Positions 11,214-22,011 of a DNA stretch of 64,000 bases are shown piece by piece. The notes beneath the pieces are model-generated. The model was given only the letters and a program-made list of their open reading frames with translations. It made no database searches and was not told where the DNA came from. Positions within the stretch are counted from its first letter, which is position 1; each line of letters opens with the position of its first letter. The stretch covers positions 186,001-250,000 of the forward strand of contig NW_026515695.1 in NCBI RefSeq assembly GCF_025526975.1, written 5' to 3'. Position numbers and translations under genes: made by a program. This stretch comes from Fimicolochytrium jonesii. Its lineage: Eukaryota.

Positions 11214-11743
11214 TGTTATGGACGACGCGTCCATACCATGCGCTTACCTCATGACAGCATCCCAACAGTCAGTCAATGTCAATTCCCTGTCAAAACCTGA
11301 CATCTGCCAAACCTCGCAGCCGCACGCAGCCGCGCTACCCCACACCTGCCACTGCCTTCATTTCTCCACGCAGCCGCACGTAGCCACACCTCCCAACACT
11401 CGGCGCTCACAAACCCTTCTCCATACTTCCCCACGTACCCGCCCACAGCCTCAGCGTAGCCACCCCATCCCCAGTCTTCTGTTTCTATGCTTCCCCACCC
11501 TTGGCGCTTCTCTTGACTTCCCTCTCATTCCGTACCCTTCTGCTTCCCCACGCTTCCCCAGCCTTCCCAGAAAAACATAAATAGCCGCCTCCCCTGAGCT
11601 CCCCACTTCCTGATCCCCCAGCAGATCAACACCAGTTCTTCCTAGTCTTGTTCTAGTTCTTGTTTCGGTCTGAATACCATTACCTGTCAACAACCTGCAC
11701 CACAAGTCGCCTCTATTTCCATTGGCTCCGCCCATTCATAACA
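11214..11743 (+). repeat. LTR copy 4 (3' LTR)
   Basis: 530 bp; differs from LTR1-3 at 11359, 11401, 11408 and 11516. Confidence 0.95.
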
Positions 11744-12861
11744 CTTGGTCCCTGGACTTTATCACCAGTCTGCCTCCCGTGGACGGATACGACCCCATCC
11801 TGAACGTCAACTGTCGCCTCACCAAGATGGCCCACTTCATCGCCTGCAGCGAGTCAGAATCCGCCGAATCCACCGCCGACCTAGTCTTCCACAACATCAT
11901 CCGTCTCCACGGCCTCCCCGACGACGTCATCTCTGACCGAGGACCCCAGTTTAAGTCCCGGTTCTGGCGTCGACTTCTCAAACTCCTTGGGGCAAAAGCC
12001 AACCTCTCCTCGGCCTTCCACCCCCAGAGCGATGGCCAGACGGAACGCACCAACCAGATCCTGGAGCAGTATCTCTGATGCTTTTGCAACCACCAACAGG
12101 ACAACTGGAAACAGCTTCTGTCGTCCGGCGAGTTCGCCTACAACAACACCCACCAGTCCGCCTCCCAGACCACCCCCTTCTACGCCAACAAGGGTCTCCA
12201 CCCCCGCTTCAGTTTCGCGGCCTCTGCTACCTCCGAATCCGTCAACCCCGCCGCTGAAGCCCGCGCTAAACAAATCAGGGAAGTCCATGAACAGCTCGCC
12301 TTCGAGCTCAAGGAAGCCCAAGATCAAATGAAGCGCTACGCCGACGCTAAACGAATTCCTGAACCGGACTTCAAGCCTGGCGATCACGTCTGGCTCCTCC
12401 GCAAAAACCTCCAGACAACCCGGCCCTCTCAGAAACTCGACCATCGCAAGATTGGGCCATTCCCCATCGTTGAAAAAATCAATCCCGTCGCCTACCGGCT
12501 CAAGCTCCCGCCTACGTACAAAATCCACGATGTCTTCCATGTCTCGCTCCTCGAACCCCGCTTCACCATCCCCGAACGACACGAACCCAAACCTGCGCCC
12601 CCAGAGACCGTTGAGGGTCAAGAAGAGTGGGTTGTCGAAGCCATCCTTGACTCTCGCATCCATTGTCGTCGCCTTCAGTACTTGGTCAAATGGCAGGGCT
12701 GGCCTGACTCCGAGAACACCTGGGAGCCCGTGGAACACCTCACCCATACCGACGCACTCCTCCAGGACTTCCACAGCGCGTACCCCAACAAGCCTTCCTC
12801 TGTCCCCGTAGCACCTCCTCTGCGGCCACACCAAACTCGACGCCGCCGCCTCCGCCGCTAA
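11744..12861 (+). pseudogene. Integrase-chromodomain 3' part of a second, related chromovirus that hosts the nested array
   Basis: SLDFIT, SDRGPQF, SDGQTERTNQ and chromodomain; in-frame TGA at 12076-12078; diverged from the inner element. Confidence 0.92.
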
Positions 12862-12873
12862 AGAGAGGGGTGA

Positions 12874-13411
12874 TGTTATGGACAATGCGCCCATACCATA
12901 AGCTTACCTACTGACAGCCGCCAATGTCAACCGCCAAATGTCAAACGCCAATGTCAATGTCAATGTCAGTGTCAATGTCAGTGTCAATGTCAATGTCAAT
13001 GCCACTCCCCCTCTCTCCTCTCATTTTGCCAATCCTCTTGCAATATCGCCACTCCGCCTCTGTCCTCTCATTTCGCCAATTCCCCCTCGGCTCCTCCACA
13101 CCCCCCACTGCTTCCCCATAGCCAGCAGCTGTAGCAATGCTCTCTACGCTCGCCACGCACGCTCCAGGAGCATAGCTGGCGCCCCCCAGTCCCCTCTTGT
13201 TGTTGTTGTTCTCTGATCTGCTGGGTTGCCTATCTATAAATAGCCGGCCTCTCTTTGTCCATTCCCTTCCTCCCCAGCAGATCAACACCAGTTCTTCTCA
13301 TCTCCTGTTCTAGTCCTTGTTTCTTGTTTCGCCAATACAATCTCTTGTCGCCTATCACACTCGCCCTGTCTTCTCTACTTCGCTTCCGCCCCCGTCGTCG
13401 AGATCATAACA
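12874..13411 (+). repeat. 3' LTR of the host chromovirus (538 bp)
   Basis: TGTTATG...CATAACA; preceded by PPT AAAGAGAGGGG (12860-12870); (GTCAAT)n tract at about 12951-13000. Confidence 0.92.
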
Positions 13412-13537
13412 GAGACGGGGGGCTGGCGGGCGGAGACGGGGGGCTGGCGGGGGGAGACGGGGGGCTGGCGGGCGGAGACGGGGGGCTGGCGGGCGGAGAC
13501 GGGGGTTGGGATGGTGGAGACGGGGGTTGGGATGGTG
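13412..13537. repeat. 21-bp G-rich minisatellite, 6 units
   Basis: GAGACGGGGGGCTGGCGGGCG-type x4, then GAGACGGGGGTTGGGATGGTG x2. Confidence 0.95.
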
Positions 13538-13845
13538 GGCGGGCGGGGCGGGAGGTGGAGGGTGAGGTGCGTGGTGGCTGGGGCGGGGAGGGTGGTTGTG
13601 GGGACGACGGGTTTGCCCGGAAGGGCAGCGATGGCATCCAGGTATGCCTGCGCGCGCCCACACTTATTGCAGGCCGCCCTGGCTGTCTTGACGTTGTTCA
13701 CAATGCCCGTTCGCCACGCGGCGGACGTCCGAGCCCCGCAAACAACGCATACTCCTCCAGGAGCAAGGCAGGAGTAGTTTCGGTCGTCCCTACCCCTCCC
13801 TGCTCCAGCACCAGATTGAGTTCGGCGTGGGGGCGCTTTGGGCAT
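13412..13845 (-). pseudogene. GATA-like zinc-finger protein, N-terminal part, interrupted by the retrotransposon nest
   Basis: C-x2-C-x22-CNKC with TSAAWRTG, followed by Pro-rich ARQPPVS repeats that run directly into the LTR; CAA-rich leader before the ATG. Confidence 0.6.
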
Positions 13846-14094
13846 GGTTGTTGTCGTTGTTGTCGTTGTTGTTGTGTTGTCGTTGTTGTTGTTGCTGTGT
13901 CAGGGTGTGGAACTCGGCGTGTGCTGGGGTTGGAAGAAGAGAGCGCGAGGAGGAGGTCTCAGAGACAGGAACCGCAAAAGTAGGTAGGTTTGACAGTATT
14001 TTGACAGTGTAGGCATATAATAATGACGTCTAAATTTACATATAATGGCGCTTTATAGACATTGGAGGCACCGGAGACAGCCTCTCTTCTATGC

Positions 14095-14280
14095 CTAAGT
14101 CTGCCTGTGGCCACTTATTGCGAGCAGAAGCTGCTGCAAGCGCTGCTCCGCCTGCTCCTGCCGACGTATGTCATCCCGCCGGCGCTCATCGTCGCGCTCC
14201 TCCTGTCTTGCGATCCGAGCTGCTTCTCTCTCTGCGTGAGCTGCTTCTCTCTCTGCTTCTCTCTCCTCCATCTTTGCCAT
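14095..14280 (-). other. Short charged coiled-coil ORF, probably a gene or transposon fragment
   Basis: EEREAEREAAHAEREAAR...QRLQQLLLAI; protein-like composition only. Confidence 0.35.
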
Positions 14281-14735
14281 ATTCTGCTGCTGAAGAGTTG
14301 TGGCAGCGAGGAGAAACTACCAGAGGAGTAGTGCAAGCGAGGAGTAGTACCAGAAGGGTGTACTGTACGGTACAGGTGGCCAAAAGAGCGTCCGAGAGAG
14401 CGTTCCATCACGTGGGTTTCATCACGTGAGCGTTGCGCAGGCTTTAATAAGTTATAACTGGCGAGTTGTGGCTTTCCCGTTGGGTTTGCGTAAATTCTGG
14501 GCGCGTCCCATGCTGCTCGACGCCTGGCGGGCCACGAAAATCGATCTCGTCAATAAATGAAGTCCACGACTTAACTCCGACCTCTGCGGCCCTGCCGGGG
14601 TGCAACTTTGCGGGAGCTTGGCGTATATAAACGCAAGAGCGACCATCCAATGCCCTGCCTGTTCGAAGCCCCGGCCTTCTCCCTCATACCCCAATAGTCG
14701 CCGTTCCCCAAGCCGGTGTCCCGCGGTCTTTCAAA

Positions 14736-17700
14736 ATGACCACCGAAAAGAGAGCCGCCCTCCAAGAGGGCCTCCCCGTGGCTGACGATGTCCCCAAGGA
14801 GCAACGTCAGATGAAGCGTATGGTAAGCGGTAGAAATTGATGTAGGATGAGAAGAGACATAATTTTCTGTACTAGCATCGGGATTGGAGGGTAGTCAAGG
14901 TTTAAGGGGTGGAGCCCTGTGTCCGAGTACACCGTCGCAGCGATGTCCACGTCGCCGGCGGAAAGAGCAGCATGTTGAGTTCCACATCAATGAGCAACAG
15001 GAATTGGCCCTGAGATTGGCCACTCATTGATGTGTTATACTGATGCGTCTGCGTTTCTTTGCATAGGGAACCAGTAACCCGTTCAGCTACATATCGGTGC
15101 ATTGGATCTCATCGCTCATGCGCCTAGGGTACCGCCGACCGCTCGAGGAGGAAGATTTATACCTGCTTAACGAAGAGGATGAGTCCAACGCGATTGCCCA
15201 CGTCCTCGACGGCTACAAGGACCAAGTCAGAGCCCATCTCGCCGACTCAAACAACCCGGAACCGCAGCTTTTCAAAGTCTTGATGCACCATTTCGGCGCC
15301 TATTGGATCGCCGGTCTTGTCTTGTACGTGGTCTCGATCGCCTGCGGGCTCCTCAGTCCGATGTTCATTCAGCAGGCGCTCATCTACGTTCAGCCGGTCG
15401 AGCAGCGCACCAGTGCCGATGACTTGTGGCTGAACTCTGGCTTGGGGATCTCTTTCATCCTGTTCGGCCTTCAGCTGGGGCTCACGCTGTCCGCAAAGAC
15501 CGCTGAGCAGATGTTGCGCAAGCTTATGATCAACGGCCGATCGCTGCTGATCGGCGCAGTGTATGAGAAGAGTTTGCGCCTGTCGGCCGCTGCTGCTCAA
15601 AAACACTCTCAAGGCCAGATCATGACACTGATCAACGTCGATGCGGGGCAAGTCGCCGCCACCGTTCTTCATGGCGTTCCTGTCGTCACGGCGCCCATCC
15701 AGATTATAGTCGCGGTAGCCCTGCTGGCTTCGTCCTTGGGCGTCGCTACGGCTGCAGGCGTCGGTCTTATGGTGTTGTTCTTCTTCCTCCAAGCTCCGCT
15801 CGTGAACGCCGCCCAGAAGTCCTTCGGCGTCGTCTTTGCCAAAGCCGATACGCGGCTCAAGGCGGTTCGTGAAGCACTCTATTCGATCAAGATTGTCAAG
15901 CTCAGAGCCATAGAGGACTTCATCCTGCCCAAGATCGAGGCCATCCGCGCTGAGCAGACGGCGGCGCTGAAAAGCTCGTACATTGCGTTTGCCATCTTCA
16001 TCTCTCTGGGTTTGTTCACTCCGCTTCTCCTTCCCATCATTACATTTGTGGTAAGTTTTCCTTCTCATGTCATCGCTGTGCGTGCGCGATCTTCAAGCTC
16101 AGATAAATCACGATCTTAGGTTTACAGCGCCATTCATGGAAGCTTGGACCCGACAAAGGTCTTCCCAGCCCTGGTCCTCTTCCAAATCCTCTTTTCCCCC
16201 ATGATGAGCCTGCCCCAAGCGCTAAGTGCCGTGGCCACTGCCCGTGTCAGCTGGAAACGTATCACCACGTTATTGGCCGCCTCCGAGGTCGCACCTCTCA
16301 CTGCGAGCCGGGCTTCCGAAGGCAATGGCATTGCCGTGAAGATCATTGATGCAACCTTCCGGTGGGAGGAGGAGAAAGATGAGACCAAGAAGTCCAAGAA
16401 GGAGAAGAAAATCGCCAAGAAGGCTGCAGAGGAGGCGGCTAAGAAGGAAAAGGAAATGGACGGCGTGAAGACTCTGGAAGTTGAAGCTGCGCCTACCGGC
16501 ATCCCCCCGCTCTTCCGTGACCTCAACGTCTCCATCCGTCATGGACAGCTTACCGCCGTCGTCGGGAGCGTGGGAAGCGGCAAGTCATCTTTCCTCTCAG
16601 CAATCATCGGCAGGATGACCAAACTCAAAGGCCAGGTTGATATCTACGGCAACGGTAAAATCGCCTTGTGCGAGCAGCAACCCTGGATCCAGACCGCGAC
16701 CGTCTCGGAGAACATTACGTTTGGAAATCCGGTGGATGCGGCGCGACTGCAGCATGTTCTGCGAGCGTGCTCACTTGAAGATGACATGCGGCAGTTGTCT
16801 GCCGGTCTCGCCACCGAGATTGGAGAAAAGGTAGTTATTTACATTCAATTCCTCGACGTCGGACGATGATCGTCCTAATGCTCACTTCTTTCCAGGGCAT
16901 AAACCTCTCAGGTGGACAGAAGGTAGGTTCAGTCGATTTTTGTTCCCGCTGCTCCGTTGCCTCATTTACTGAGCCTCCTCTCTATGTTTACAGGCTCGCG
17001 TGGCACTTGCCCGGGCGATATACGAGGAGGACACAGAAATCTTCCTTCTGGACGACCCGATCAGGTGAGCTGGTTTGCTTCGTCTTTCATTTGGACTACG
17101 GCTCATTCCGTTGGTCGTCTCCCTATGTACAGCGCCCTCGACGCCCACGTCGGTCAAGAAATTTTCCAGCGATGTATCAAGGAGGAACTCGCCGGCAAAA
17201 CCCGTGTCCTCATCACCCATCATCTGCACCTCATGCCCGAGGTGGACCACATCATTGTGCTTCAAGAGGGACGCATTGCTGAGGAAGGGTCATACGCGGA
17301 ACTGATGGCCGCCAAGGGCGTGATGGCGGAGCTGATGAAAGATCATCGTGAGAACGATAACTTGAACGAGGAGAAGAAAGACGATGAGCTCAAGGCGGAA
17401 GTTCACGGACCCACAAGCGTTTCAGCGGCGATAGCGGCTGCTGACGACAGTGACGACGCCGACCCTGTGGGAGCGCTTATGGCTGTTGAGGGGCGAGCGG
17501 TTGGCGCGGTGCAGTGGGCGACGTACAAAGCCTATATCGAGACCGCGGGTGGTCTGAAGTATGCGCTGTTGCTCATGTTGTCCGTCTGTGCCTACAACGC
17601 GCTGGAAATCATGGCGTCCTACTGGCTTGTGTGGTGGACAGAGAACAGATTCAGCGACTGGACGACGGCCGACTACCAGATTGCCTACGTCGGCACTGGC

Positions 17701-19443
17701 GCCCTCGCCGCGGTCTTCATCATGCTGGTGAATGGCATCATTATGATCGGGAACTTCAGCGTTGCAAAGCACATTCATCGCAAAGCCCTCGGGAATCTCC
17801 TTCGGGCTCCACTTGGTTTCTTTGAGACTCAACCTATCGGCCGCATGCTAAACCGCTTCTCGAAAGACGTCGAGCAGGTCGACTTCGAGCTGTGGAACGA
17901 CGTTAATATCACCGTCTTTTGCATGGCTGCCATTTTATCCTCGCTAATCGTCATGGCGATCGTATCACCCTTTACTCTGTGCCTCTTCGTTCCGGTTTGC
18001 GTGGGCTACTGGTTCATCCTGGGCTACTATCGCGCAAGTTTTAGGGAGCTCAAGCGCCTGGACAGCGTGCTGCGCTCGCCACTCTACTCTCACATCTCCG
18101 AGACCCTGACCGGCCTGACCACTATTCGCGCATATCATGCTGAGGGCAAATTTATCGACCGCCAGCGCGTGCTGATGGACAAGAGCACCGCCCCGTTCTA
18201 TCTGAAACTTACATCAGCCATCTGGATCAGTCTCCGGCTGGAACTCTCGACGAGTTTGATTGTGCTCCTTCTCGCCTTATTGGGCACTTACGGCGCTATC
18301 AGCACCTCACTTCTCGGCCTTGCCTTCTCGTACGCCATACCCCTCACGATGACCATCAACATGGTGCTGACCTCCTTCGCCGACCTCGAGTCCGACATGA
18401 ACTCGATAGAGCGGCTGGCTGAGTACGCACAAGATTTGCCTCAAGAGCCGCCGGCGATCATGCCCAAGGACCCGGATGCCGCGGAATGGCCGACCGTCGG
18501 TGCTATCGCCTTCAAGAACTTAGAGCTCCGGTACCCATCCCGGCCAGACCACGCCGTTCTCCGCGACCTGTCGCTGACAATCAAGCCCGGAGAAAAGATT
18601 GGAATCATTGGTAAATCAGTGGAAGACGTTACTACTCTATCTGTCCGTGGCGGAGCAATGACTAACGCAGACGTACATTAGGTCGCACCGGTTCTGGAAA
18701 GTCGACGCTTCTTACGGCTCTCTTTCGGCTAGTAGAGCCTTCCAAAGGCTCCATTGTGATTGACGGCCGTGACATAGCTGATCTGGGCCTGCGGACCCTG
18801 CGCAAGGGTATCCAGATCATCCCACAAGAGCCCGTGCTCTTCCAAGGCACAATCCGCAGTAATCTGGACCTCGAGGATAAGTGCGCGGACGACCAAGTCT
18901 GGGACACATTGGAGCGGATTGGCCTCAAAGAGTACGTGGCAGGTTTGCCGGCCAAGCTCGAAGCTCCCGTTGCCGTCAACGGCGAGAACCTCAGCCAAGG
19001 TCAGGCGCAGCTCATGTCGCTTGGCCGGGCCATCCTGACCAAGCCGAAGATTTTGGTTATGGTAAGCACGGAACGCGGAGGTGCGCTCAATTGCCATTAT
19101 CATGGATGCTTACTCTGCTACGTATGTTTCGCCTTTTTTTCAGGATGAAGCTACGGCAAGCGTCGACGCCGCCGCAGATTTACTTATCCAGACCTCGATG
19201 AAGACGCACTTTTCTGAGGCGACCGTGCTCTCCATTGCCCATCGGCTCAACACTATCATCGACTTTGACCGCGTTCTCGTCCTCGACAACGGGTCCATGC
19301 GTGAGTTCGACACCCCGCACGCCTTGCTCAACAACCCAACTTCGCTGTTCTCAAAGCTCGCGGACGCAACGGGATCCGCCAATGCGACCCATTTGCGTGC
19401 CGTGGCGGCCGAGGCGGAACGAGCTCGCGCGGGACGTGCATGA
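14736..19443 (+). CDS. ABCC/MRP-family ABC transporter (Yor1/Ycf1-like), multi-exon; 5' exons uncertain
   Basis: TMD-NBD-TMD-NBD; GSVGSGKSS, LSGGQK (27-nt exon 16896-16922), GRMLNRFSKD, GRTGSGKST, DEATAS, IAHRL. Confidence 0.93.
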
Positions 19444-20256
19444 TGTGAGACTAGTGGGGTGATTGTCTTTTGAGTGATTTCAGTTTTTATACATAGGTAG
19501 AGTGGGGCACACGGCGTATATATACGATTATAGAAAGTAGAAACATAAATCGACCTTTGGGAAGACGATTGGTGGCGGGTGGCCGGTCGGTGGCCGAATC
19601 GACGGGCCACAATAAAGCACAAAGCACATCCGACATCGTTCAAGCTTGACCCAGAGCCTGGACGATCCACAGGGGGAGGAGCCCTAGATAACCAGGCTGC
19701 CTAGTCATTGCAGCGCTGCTACCCGATTCCAGCAGCTCCTTCACGCGCAGCTCCATTGCCAGAGCCCCACCTATATGTGCGACTTGTGAGTTCCCATTCG
19801 GTGACTCTCCATGTTTCGACTTTGTATTACACCCATCAATCCTCAATTCAGATGCACTTTTTTGTCAGTCTTTTCGATAGTTCAAAGGAGTCCTTCATTA
19901 GTATTATCTACAATTGTTTCTACCCGGCATCTATGACAAAAGGGAACATTGAAGAATTCATTCATGTCTAGTGCTGGGGCTAATACGTGCGAGAATTGCC
20001 CACTAGACTATCTAGACGATAACGTTGGTATTCACTTCGGAACCTAGCCTATGTGGAGGCACACGGTGCGAAGAACTTGGAGTCCTTCCGGAGACGTTCT
20101 TGTGTGGTCGTATGATATAGGTATTCCAAAAAATGATGGTGAGGGGTAGGAGATATCCGCAGGGGATGCGAGGAAAGATGACTTGTCGTATCTCCCACGG
20201 ATTTCGATGTGTCGCTCCAGTCGACGGGGTATGATGGTGTCAAAAAACTAGCACGG

Positions 20257-21572
20257 TCATGATAGAGCACTGTTGAACTCCGATTTTGGAGGGTCGGCTT
20301 GTGACCTCGACGGTCCAACCTGCGACTTCGACGGCCCAATCTGCGAATTGGATCCCTTCGACTCCCTGCTATCGTTCCTCCACGACGACAGCTCCCCCTT
20401 CGTCTCTCTTCTGCCATTTCGTCCCTCCATGCTAATGACGCCAATGGTATCTGATCGTGAGCGGTTGGCGATGCTGCTAATTGGCGAGGTTAATACTTTG
20501 ACCCAGCGGCCGATGACGGAGGCGGTGAAGAGCCCCACGCTCCATTCCCGCTCGCTGCCTCTTGCGACGTCTTCCCCGGCTTTTGCTTTTTCGAAGTGTG
20601 CAAGGCCGTATGCGATGTTTTCGACATAGAGGAGGGCGGACATGTATGTTTCTGGGAACCTGTGAACAGAGCGGGGTTAGACCGGGAATACAGGTGGTCG
20701 CCATGCTATGTTAAGATGATTGGCAAAACTCACAAGATAAGTGCTCCCCGAGAATCCAGCTTCAGCATAATCCCGATCCACATCGTCAATAGGGTCGCCA
20801 CCGCAAGCACAAGCGAGAAAGTCGCAAGCCCAATCATCGCCCGCCGCTTCTCAATAAACCACTTCAACGTATCCTGCGTCTGAGCCACATCCATCCCAGT
20901 GTCTGGACTGGTAGGGGGTGATGCTACATTACGACTCGACCTCGACAATTTCGCCAGTTCCGACGACTTGAGCATAAACACCAGCTCGGATTTGATGTCG
21001 ATGATAATTTTCGTCACCAAGCATGCTGTCGCTATCATCACCACCCCCAGATAGCCGCCCGACACGGAGGTCAGGAGGTTTGATAGCCCTTCCGAATCCT
21101 TTTGCGACAAAATAATACTGATCACGATAATCCCGCCCTGCGCTAAGAGGTATATCGTCATCGTCAGACCGATGTGCAGACGCTCCCAGATGACGCTCAG
21201 CTCTTTTGTCCTTCTGACCACGCGAAGCCACGGTAATAACGACACAAAGCGCATGAAACACCCCGTCGTGAAGAGGGTGTTTGCTATCGCGTACAACGCA
21301 ATGGCGGCATCGTCGGATAACGGGAATGCGAATTTATAGCACCAGCGGCCCGATATCGCAGCCCATAACACAAATATGAAGTGGGACGTCAGCGACAGCT
21401 TATCGGCTCGTTTGAGAGGCGCGCCATCCCGGCGCCGTTCTTGTGCCCAACGGTTGGCAAAGTAGAGGTTTCCGAGACTGACGAGGCAAAAGGCGGCCGT
21501 GACGACTGAAGTGCCGGCGATTTCGCCGCTAGTGTAGGTTGCCGGTGGCGGCGAGGGCGGTGTGTCGCCCAT
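20257..21572 (-). CDS. Orphan seven-transmembrane (GPCR-like) protein, 2 exons, about 413 aa
   Basis: Seven hydrophobic segments; GT-AG intron 20733-20660 joins the 280-aa and 128-aa ORFs in frame; Ser-rich tail. Confidence 0.7.
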
Positions 21573-22011
21573 TGTAAGTTTCTCAAAATCGTGTGTCGTA
21601 TTAAGAGCGGTCCTTTGCCGAACCGCGCAATACTGCTCGCAATGGAACGGGTATGTATTGGGTCGTTCAGTTTTAGTTTCGAAAAAGGAAGTGGGGAAAA
21701 GGAGGAGGCTCAGATAATCTAATAGATCTTCGGCCGGCGGCCGGCGGGGCTTTTTCTGTGTCCCTTTTTAAGCTCACAACCCGGCGGCGGGAGAGGTGAA
21801 TCCTGGAGCGATTCCGTTACCCAACCACCCGGAGCGCTGCGTCTGTGATATTCTGGAACACGGGCCTGGAATGATTGTTTTTAGCTTCGGTCCCGGCTCC
21901 GACACAATGGAGACATTGTTGTATGGAATGAAGCCTCCGCGAAACACACGCCTAATCAAGCCTTTCTTGAACGGACTCCAAATCCAGTCTCATGTACTGT
22001 ATTACCCTGCA

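Larger units (their letters stand above)
1..11743 (+). mobile_element. Tandem array of Ty3/gypsy chromovirus units: >=3 truncated LTR-gag-PR units (period 2419-2420 bp) plus one full-length element; runs off the window 5' end
   Basis: Near-identical repeats, with 530-bp LTRs (TGTTATG...CATAACA) at 1025, 3444, 5864 and 11214; gag, PR, RT, RNase H, IN and chromodomain motifs. Confidence 0.96.
5864..11743 (+). mobile_element. Full-length Ty3/gypsy chromovirus (Tf1/sushi-like), 5880 bp
   Basis: Order is LTR-PBS-gag-PR-RT-RNH-IN-CHD-PPT-LTR. Confidence 0.96.

Noticed and set aside
11881..12894. 337-aa antisense ORF
   Set aside because: Shadow of the C-biased integrase codons
13412..13537. CRISPR-like or telomeric array
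   Set aside because: Contiguous units with no unique spacers; it is a coding minisatellite in eukaryotic DNA
13255..13983. 242-aa plus-strand Gly/Cys-rich ORF
   Set aside because: Starts inside the LTR and is the antisense shadow of the minisatellite and GTT microsatellite
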